In this document: in pieces, positions 54,400-63,432 of the stretch
How the letters are laid out: each line of letters opens with the position of its first letter
How positions within the stretch are numbered: position 1 is the stretch's first letter
Assembly: GCF_026210795.1 (NCBI RefSeq)
Contig: NC_089433.1
Location: forward strand, 5,766,001-5,829,432
Direction: 5' to 3'
Source: Rhizophagus irregularis
Lineage: Eukaryota
Length of the DNA: 63,432 nucleotides
Program-made: the position numbers and the translations under genes
The notes under the pieces: generated by a model
Told to the model about the DNA's origin: nothing
The model's database searches: none
Seen by the model: the letters and a program-made list of their open reading frames with translations, nothing else

Positions 54400-57300
54400 A
54401 AATTTTTTTTAATGAACGTCAGTTAACGTTCAGTTTGTAAGTCAAGAACATAATAGAGTCTATTGTCAATTTAATTTGGAGGTATATCACCTCTGAAACT
54501 TTAATTATTTTTAGAGAAAAAAAAATTTTTTTATATTATATAGGTTCCAGATGGAATCTATCGATGATTTTATTTGGAATTCGGAGGTATGCTTACCTCC
54601 GAAATTTAATTTATTTTTTTTAAAAAAAAATTTTTTTTTTATATTATATAGGTTCCGGATAGAACCTATCAAAGATATTGGAATTCGGAGATATGCTTAC
54701 CTCCGAATCTTAATTTATTTTTTTTAAAAAAAAATAATTTTTTTTATATTATATAGGTTCTGGATGGAACCTATTAAAGATATTGGAATTCGGAGGTATG
54801 CTAACCTCTGAATCTTAATTAATTTTTTTTTAAAAAAAATAATTTTTTTTATATTATATAGGTTCCGGATGGAACCTATCAAAGATATTGGAATTCAGAG
54901 GTATACTTACCTCCGAATCTTAATTTATTTAAAAAAAAAATAATAATTTTTTATTTATATTATATAGGTTCTGGATGGAACCTATCGATGATTTTGAAAT
55001 TCGGAGGTATATTAACTTCCAAATCTTTAATTTATTTTTTAAAAAAAAAATAATTTTTATTATATTATATAGGTTCCGGATGGAACCTATTGATGATTTT
55101 TGGAATTCAGAGGTATGCTTACCTCCGAATCTTAATTTATTTTAAAAAAATAATTTTTTATTTAACGAACGCCACTAACGTTCATTTTTCATATTTTTAA
55201 GTCCTGGAAGCCAAAGTACGGCTCAGGACATTTTTTTTTAATTAAGTTATCTAATGAACGTTGCTAACGTTCGATTATAGGTCCTGGACGCCGAAGAACA
55301 GTTCTGGACATTTATTTTGAAGGTAAAACCTTTACTTTCAAAATTTTTTTTTATATTTTTGTTTAACGAACGTCGCTAACGTTCATTTTTTATTTTTTTT
55401 TAGGTCCTGGATGCCAAAGTACGGCTCCGGACATTTATTTCGAAGGTAAAATTTACCTCCGAATTTTTTTTTATTTTATTTATACCTACGAACATTAATT
55501 TACGTTCGTTTTACATTTTATAGGTTCTGGACGCCAAAGTACGGCTCCAGACGTTAATTTCGAAGGTAAAACCTTTACCTTTGATTTTTTTTTTATTATT
55601 ATTTAACGAACGTTAATTAATGTTCGTTTTTATATTTTATAGGTCCTGGACGCCAAAACCAGCTCCGGACTTTACTTTGAAGGTAAAACCTTCGAAAAAA
55701 AAAATTTTTTTTTTTGTTAACTTTATTGACGAACGTTAACTAAGTTTCATCTTATTTTTTTAGATAAAGGAAGCTGAAACTGAGTTCCGGGCTCCTATAT
55801 CGAAGGTAAAATAAACCTTTAAATTTTTTTTTCTTTTTATTTAAACGAACGTTCACTAATGTTCGTTATTCTTTTTTTTTAGGTAAAGGAAGCCGAAAGA
55901 ACTTCCATATCGAAGGTAAAATCTTCGATTTTTTTTTTATTATTTTATTTAATGAACGTTACTAATTCTAATATTCATTTTTTTATTTTTCGTAGGTACA
56001 ACCGTACAAGAAACTGAAAGGCAGGTTCCGGTCTCCTATTTTGAAGGTAAGGCTTCGAAATTTCATTTTACTTTTTTTCTTTTATTTTAGCGAAATGTTT
56101 ACTAACGTTTCGTTTTTCTTTTTTGTAGGACTACAGCACTCTGGACGCTTCGTGGGCTCCATTTCGAAGGTATATTATCCTTTATATTTTTCGAAAGTGT
56201 TTATTTTTATTAGTTTTTTTTACAAACGTTAACTAACATTCGTTTTCATTTTTGTAGGTCCAAGACGCCGAAAGTACGTGTCTCAGATTCAATTTCGAAG
56301 GTAAATAACTTCAAAAAAAAAGGAGTCTCTTTTTTTTTTAACGAACGTTCACTAACGTTCGTTTTTCTTTTTCTTTGTAGGTCCAGGACGCCGAAGGACT
56401 TTAATTTCGAAGGTAAACTTCGATTTTATTTTTATTTTTTATTTAATTTTTTTTTGTTTATTTTAATGAAGCATTATTAACGTTTCAATTTTCTTTTTTT
56501 AGGTTTCTGGCTCTCCTGAATTCTCCTGGACGGAATTTCAAGGTATTTCTTCAAAATTCTTTTATTTTTTTTATTTTATTGTTGTAAAAGAACGTTTCTA
56601 ACGTTCTTTATTCTTTTTTTTTTAGATTTTTGGCTCTCTGGTTTCAGCCTGGACGGAATTTTCAACATGGTTAGTTTCGTAACGAACTTTTCATTACGAA
56701 ACTATTTTTTTTTTTATTTTATTTAAACGAAACGTTACTAATGTTTTGATTTCTTTTTCTTTTGTAAGTTTTCCGGTAGCCACCTGGATTGGACGGGATT
56801 TCAAAGATGAAACTTCGAAATTATTGTATTTTCATTTTTTATTTGAACGAAATGTAGACTAACATTTCGATATTATTTTTTCGTAGGTTGACGGCTTCAT
56901 AATACCCTTTCTTGAAAGAATTTCGAAGGTATACTTCGAAATTCTTTTACTTTTTTTATTATTTTTGATGAAACGTTACTAATGTTTCGTTTTTTCTTTT
57001 TTTTGTAGGTTGACGGCTTCCTGTGAACCTTTCCGATTACAACATTCAAAAAGAATCCACTCTTCCATCTTTCTCCGTCTTCGTGGCGATATGCAAATTT
57101 TTGTTAAAAAACTATTACTTTGGAAGTTGAGTCTTCTGGAATGAATTTTGAAGGTAAACTTTGAAATTCTTTTACTTTTTTTGTTTTTTTTTATTTGAAC
57201 GAAATGTTTACTAACGTTTCAATTTTCCCTTTTTACGGCTTTCCAGATGCCTCCTGGATGAAATTTCGAAGGTAAAACTTTGAAAAAATAATTTTTTTTT

Positions 57301-57831
57301 GTTTTATTTTAACGAACGTTCATTAACGTTTGTTTTTATTTTTGTAGATCCAGGATGCTGCCGGACTTCCATATTGAAGGTAAAACCTTCGAAAATTATT
57401 TTTTATTAATTAATTTATTGACGAACGTTAACTAACGTTCGTATATCTTTTTTTTTAGGTAAAGGAAGCCGAAAGACAAGTTCCAGACTCCCATATCGAA
57501 GGTAAAACCTTTCAAAATTATTTTTTATTAATTTATTTGACGAACATTAGTAACGTTCATATTTCTTTTATTTTAGGTCCTGGGTTCCCATTTAAAGAAC
57601 TTCAAAGGTAAATACTTTGAAGTTTCTTTTTTTTTTACTTCTTTAATGATCGTTATACTAATGATCGTTTTTTCTTCTATGTTTAAGTCCCAGACTGCTG
57701 GGTTAGATATTTCGAAGCTGCTTGCTTCGAAATTTTTTTTCGTTTGTAGGTATCCGTTGTTTGTTGGAATCGAACTAACTGGAACAATGTCCAAACCATT
57801 AACAACATGTAAATGTGCAGTAAAGAGATGA
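54400..57831 (+). repeat. Tandem array of ~28 intron-like repeats separated by mostly 30-50 nt variable micro-exons
   Basis: Unit ~105-125 nt: YAG|exon ending TTCG(A/G)AG|GTA...T-tract...AACGTTNNCTAACGTTCG...T-tract YAG (branch hairpin evident from ~55145 on). Confidence 0.85.
57029..57138 (+). pseudogene. Captured polyubiquitin fragment spanning a monomer junction
   Basis: Translates with small indels as LSDYNIQKESTL-HL-LRLRG(D)/MQIFVK--TITLEVESS. Confidence 0.92.
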
Positions 57832-60301
57832 TGAATAGCAATGACTAGTAATAGATTTCAATTGTATTTGTAAACTTGTTAATATATAATAAAAAAGTAA
57901 TTTTGATTATATAAATAAATTAGTAATTAATGCAATAAATTAATTTGTATTATTGTGACGCAGATTTTTACTGAAAAAAATTGCTGAGGTATTTCGAAGG
58001 TTTTTATTTAAAAATCTGCGCAGAACTTTGTTATTTATAAAATCTGCGCAGTTTTTTATTGGATTTTTCCTCTAATGTTTTGCGCCAGGGTATAAGATCT
58101 GCGCAGATATAATTTCTGAAAATCTGCGCAGATCTGCTCCCCAAAAAATTTCCCGATGTTAAGAATAAAATCAAATTGCTACTTCTTACCATTTTAGACA
58201 CTAACAATTGTGATTTTATTTAAAATAATCTATAATCTTTAATAAATAAATTCCAATATTTACAGTGATTTATGGAAAAAGATTTCAATATTATAACAAT
58301 ATAATTGTCGTGATTAAAGTCACTGGTTAAATGATGAGATATCGGGTTGTGACATATCAGATAAAATCGGAAAAATATCATAAACTGATATGCCACTAGC
58401 AGATCATTTTAAAAATTGAACATAGATTAGTAACCGATAGGCAAGTGATATTTATATGATTATAAATAATTTTTTTAAACTCATATCAACAAGTTATCTG
58501 GTTCTTATTGGATATCTGATAAATTATTGATTTTTATATGATAATAATATAATATTTATATAATATTTATATTATTGTACAAATAATTTTTTAAGATAAT
58601 CGTATTTGAAGTGTTAAAATTTTAGAGTTTTGCCATAGTTTCAGCATTCCAATCTTTTTACTGTATAATAATTTTTTTAATTTCAAACGGTTACCAATAA
58701 ATCTATATGTAATTAAAATTTATTGTAAAATTATTTATTGTAATATTTTTATTTTATTGTATGTAATAAACTGATTTTTTATTGATAAAGAACTTAATTA
58801 ATGATATATGTTGAAGTTCACGTCCTAAAGTAAAAAAAAGAAATATTAATACATTCATTTCTTTGAAGCAATTAAGTAAAACTCCCACTCATACTATCTT
58901 CAAGTCTGGGTTCGATTAAGAATATCTGGTAGAAGAAAAAAAATTAGAGTAAATGTTAGTAATATATAATATATTAATAAAAAAGAACCTCCTCTTCCCT
59001 CTAACTTACATACTTAAAATTCAAATTCGGGTTCATCCAAGAAGTCTAAGGAATATAAATATATTTTTTATTCCTATGCACACACACACCCACCCATCCC
59101 ATTCACCTGTCTGGTTCACGTCCCTACAAAAGACAAGAAATCTAAGAAGCTCAGCATCCTAAAAAATTAGAAAAAAAAACATTAGTATTGTTTCTTTAAT
59201 GAATTAAGCTTTATTTTTACATGTACTGTACATATAACACTCACTTTTTACTTGTATAGTTTATTCAAGTCCGATGTTTGACATCTTACAAAAGAAGAAA
59301 TCCAAAAAGTTGTCCTACAAAAAAAAAAAGTACGGATAAATAATTTTTTTAAAAAAAAATTATCAATGATCAGTAAATTAATTAGGAACTGATCGGAAAT
59401 ATGTATATCATATGATTATGGAGTAATAGAGTCGTATGCATACTCCTTTCCTCTTCTTTTTTTTTTTTAGGTTCAGACCAGTAAGTTAAATATATATATA
59501 TATATATATTAATAAATAGAACCTTTTCTTTATTCTTTTTTTATAGCTTCTGGTCCTCTTTTAAACGCCATTCAGACTGGTAAGTTTAAAAATTTTTTTT
59601 TAAATAGAAGGTGTATAGGCATATACTAACCTTTTACTTTTTTCTTTTTGTAGGTTCTGGACCTTTTTTATACGCTGTAAGTTTTAAAAAAAAATTTTTT
59701 TTTAAATAGAAAGTGTACAGTCAATTCCTTCTATAGTCACTCCCATTATAAACACATTCTACTATATAGTCATACCAGTTAAATGTTCAAAACACTTTAT
59801 TATTAAAATCTATCCTATATAGTCACAATCTATCTATAGTAACTATCACACCTATCCTCAAAAATCTTATATTAAAAAGAACCGTTTATAATCACAGTTA
59901 TATAAAGAATATATTAAATAACTTGACATCTAATAATCGTATAAAAATATATCATAGCTTGTTAGAATTGTCTTACTGAGACGAATTGAATAGTGGTAGT
60001 TTTATCATTTTACTTTGCTAGTGTTAATAGCCAGACCTCCCATTGCCTCTTATGAGACTAATCTCGGGTCTGTGTCCTATCATCTCCATGGGTAACCATT
60101 AAACTGAGTACTTAATTCCTCAGGTAACAGCACCACTTGAAGACATCTCCCATCGGGTCATTTTAGGCTGATCTGAAGCTAGGTACACGCCGCCTACTTA
60201 TCTTATATCCATTGCATGATACTGGTACTCAATTTATTTTACGACCTTTAGAGAGCACCTACTTTCATGGAGGACTTTCAACAGGTAATATCAACCATTT
60301 A

Positions 60302-61141
60302 CATCAGGAAATTTTATAGTGCGAAAAATTGCGTAAGTTTACGATTTTGTAAGTTTACGAAAGTTTATGGCATAATATTTCGAAAAATTTCAAAATATTA
60401 CGTAAGTTTACAATTTCGTAAGATTTATGTGATATTACGGTTAAAATATTACACAAGTTTTCAATATCGTAAGATTTACGCAATATTACGGTTAAAATAT
60501 TTTGAAAATTTACGAAACTGTAAACCTGCGTAATATTACGATTAAAATATTTCAAAAATTTACGAAACTGTAAACCTGCGTAATATTATGATTAAAATAT
60601 TTCAAAAATTTACGAAACTGTAAATCTGTGTAATATTACAGTTAAAATATTGCAAAAATTTACGAAACTGTAAACCTGCGTAATATTACAGTTAAAATAT
60701 TTTGAAAATTTACGAAACTGTAAACCTGCGTAATATTACGGTTAAAAATATTTTGAAAATTTACAAAATTGTAAACCTGCGTAATATTATGGTTAAAATA
60801 TTTCAAAAATTTACGAAACTGTAAACCTGCGTAATATTATGATTAAAATATTTCAAAAATTTACGAAACTGTAAATCTGTGTAATATTACAGTTAAAATA
60901 TTGCAAAAATTTACGAAACTGTAAACCTGCGTAATATTACAGTTAAAATATTTTGAAAATTTACGAAACTGTAAACCTGCGTAATATTACGGTTAAAAAT
61001 ATTTTGAAAATTTACAAAATTGTAAACCTGCGTAATATTATGGTTAAAATATTTCGAAAATTTACGAAACTGTAAACCTGCGTAATATTACGGTTAAAAT
61101 ATTTTGAAAATTTACGAGATTGTAAACCTGCGTAATATTAC
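60302..61141 (+). repeat. 50-bp tandem repeat (~16 units) following a CATC-type TIR
   Basis: Unit GTAATATTACGGTTAAAATATTTCAAAAATTTACGAAACTGTAAACCTGC; preceded by CATCAGGAAATTTT, similar to the TIR at 53703. Confidence 0.9.
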
Positions 61142-61549
61142 TATTCGATCGTTAAAGCTGCATATGCAGTAGAACATATATAAGGGGCATGTGATACTAT
61201 TGAATAATCAAAAATAATATAAACAACTTTTCTTTTATATAAACACCTTTTTTTTAAAGTTTGGGAAAGCAAATTTATTTTTATTTATGAATTTTTTATT
61301 ATTTACAATTTTTATGTTAAAAATTAAAGTAAATTCTAATTTTTATTATAACTTAATAAAAAAATACACATTTGATACTTGTTCGCTACTATTTTATAAA
61401 ATAGTACCTAGGCAATGCGAGGCGTGGATGTCAGTATCAGTCGCAGCCCAAAAAAAACATAGTCTCCAGCCGATATTTGGTACGGACTGGACCTGCTTTA
61501 CTCCTTAATAAATAATAAAAAAAATAATTATCTTCTTACACGATATGTA

Positions 61550-62221
61550 CGCTCCAGGTAAAAAGTATCCAGACCATCTAAAAATTAAAAAATCTTAAAA
61601 AATTCAGTGGGCCCAACAATAAATTTATATTTATTTTAAAAGTTTGAGCATGAGACACTTTTTAAAAGTGTTTTTTTAGCTTAATTATTAGTAAAAATTG
61701 GCGGACATTTTAATTAAAAATGGCAAAATTCTTAACTTTTTAACTAGAAACATTACGGCCAAATGAATTCCAGAAATCAATTCTTTGACTAAAAAATAGC
61801 TTATGTTTAAAAAATCAGAAAGATTGGACTGGTAGTTGCCGAAAAATCCACCACTGAAGATCATAATTTTTATATGTAAAAACGGTAAAATCACCATTTT
61901 TGCCAAATTTTAGTATAAAAATTATGATCTTCGTGGTGGATTTTTACGGCTACGTCCAATCTTTCGATTTTTAAACATAAGCATAGTCCAAAGTTGATTT
62001 CTGGAATTCGATTTGGCCGTAACTGCTCTATTAAAAAGTTAAAGCCATTTTTGAATTAAAAATGTCGCCAATTTTTACTAATAATTAAGCTAAAAAAACA
62101 CTTTAAAAAGTGTCATCATGTCTCAAACTTTTAAAATAAATATAAATTTATTGTTGGGCCAACTGAATTTTTTAAGATTTTTTAATTTTTAGGGTGGTCG
62201 GATACTTTTTACCGGGGAGTG
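61550..62221. mobile_element. Fold-back Tc1/mariner-like MITE (672 bp)
   Basis: TA-CGCTCCAGGTAAAAAGTATCC ... GGATACTTTTTACCGGGGAGTG-TA; the two ~320-bp arms are reverse complements. Confidence 0.9.
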
Positions 62222-62336
62222 TAGGTAAGTTTCTCCTTGCTCTATGATCATCACGCGTGACTAAAATTAATCAAATTTATCAAATTTAAAACATGAACGT
62301 AAATATTAATTATAAAATTTATTATAGTATAATTAC

Positions 62337-62810
62337 CCGGCCTCTCCCAAAATCTCGTTCTAAATTCGCAATAATATCTTTGGCCGGTACGCGTCGCACC
62401 GCCGCCCAGGGGTTACCATTATGATAAAGGACGATAGTTCTAAATATCAAAATCAGTTTGAATATTCGATAAATACATTTAATTTATATGAATGTAATTT
62501 TATTTATTTACTTACATGGTAATCTCTGACGAGGTTCCTCCACTTTTGGCTGCACTGTTGCCCAGAAACCCTCGTTCAAAATATTCTATTTATTCTGATT
62601 CAATTAAATGGATTGGTTAATTTGAATTTAAATTCTTTCTTAAAGAAATTATAGATATTAGTCATATGAACCTATTGGCAACAGAGTCCCAAAAATCATG
62701 GCGGCTTCTACCATTAATATTGTGGTAGGCGCGGTTTCTGTCTCGGCGTATGTCAACAAGTTCGTCCATCATAGCCCAGTTCCAATAGGACCCCGAAGAA
62801 TACATATAAT
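62337..62810 (-). pseudogene. Myb/SANT-like (trihelix) DNA-binding protein, disrupted
   Basis: Spliced reading WNWAMMDELVDIRR...FWDSVAN/RINRIF*TRVSGQQCSQKWRNLVRDYH/...RTRFWERP; three-Trp helical pattern. Confidence 0.65.
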
Positions 62811-63432
62811 ACTGGGATCCAATTTTGTATAAACTTACTATGTAATTTCTTAATAAGTCATATGTTTGAAATTGTATAACCAAATAGCAGTTACGCAAAA
62901 AGTCATATTTTTATTTGTATAACAATAATGATTTTTACAATAAGTAAGATTTTCATTTTGTATAACGGATATTAGAATTTTTTTTATATACGTTTAAAAT
63001 TTTTTAAAGTTTTTTTTATTTTTTGTTTAAGAAATTTTTAAGATATTTTTTAATAAAGAGTTTTTTTATTTGTTTTAAAAAACACTTGAAATATTTTTTA
63101 ATAGAAATTGTTTTTTGTTTAAGAAGTTTTTAAGGGTTCGTTTAAAGACATTTTTTTAATAAAAATGAAGAAATTTTTTTAAAATTCATTTACAAAATTA
63201 AAAAAAATACATTTTATTATATATCTCAGCATCCAGTGATCATAGAGAAATGAAACACAGCTTATTAGATTCGTCTCAATACGATGAGTCGAATGGTGGT
63301 AGTTTCATATTTCTAGGCACGATAGATGCCGAGTTATGTGATAAAATGTAAAAATGTACGATAGACGAAAATACAAAGTGCCGATGTGTGGTATAGCTCA
63401 TCATCTATCACACCTAGAAACACGAAACTACT

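Larger units (their letters stand above)
53703..58158. mobile_element. Non-autonomous CACTA-like element (4456 bp) carrying a micro-exon array
   Basis: 16-bp TIR CATCGGGAAATTTTTT/AAAAAATTTCCCGATG; TT on both flanks (possible 2-bp TSD); subterminal ATCTGC/GCAGAT repeats at 53720-54000 and 57955-58140. Confidence 0.85.

Noticed and set aside
54400..57831. True CRISPR array
   Set aside because: Repeats are long, degenerate and carry spliceosomal signals; many spacers are homologous to each other; no cas genes
53675..61906. Short ORFs such as 53675-53926, 60267-60533, 60355-60555 and 61688-61906
   Set aside because: Chance frames across repeats and MITEs with low-complexity translation

Overview
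Very AT-rich eukaryotic nuclear DNA with short GT-AG introns and CTAAC branch points. Composition and gene families suggest an arbuscular mycorrhizal fungus (Glomeromycota, Rhizophagus-like); this is an inference. The window is mostly transposon-derived. It holds a full-length non-LTR retrotransposon (40004-49188, 13-bp TSD, APE+RT+RNase H) nested in the left TIR of a Mutator element, a Plavaka/CACTA-like transposase relic, and more than a dozen MITEs, many with readable TIRs/TSDs. One 244-bp hAT-like MITE occurs in four copies. Between about 8 and 31 kb lie orphan coiled-coil, F-box and Zn-finger genes, mostly pseudogenised. The most unusual structure is a TIR-bounded non-autonomous element (53703-58158) carrying about 28 tandem units. 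Each unit is a conserved intron-like repeat, with hairpins over the splice donor and branch point, plus a variable 30-50 nt micro-exon; one exon contains a captured polyubiquitin fragment. Similar micro-exon runs occur in a second TIR element (28237-30240) and at 58.8-59.7 kb. No rRNA, tRNA or true CRISPR array could be supported.
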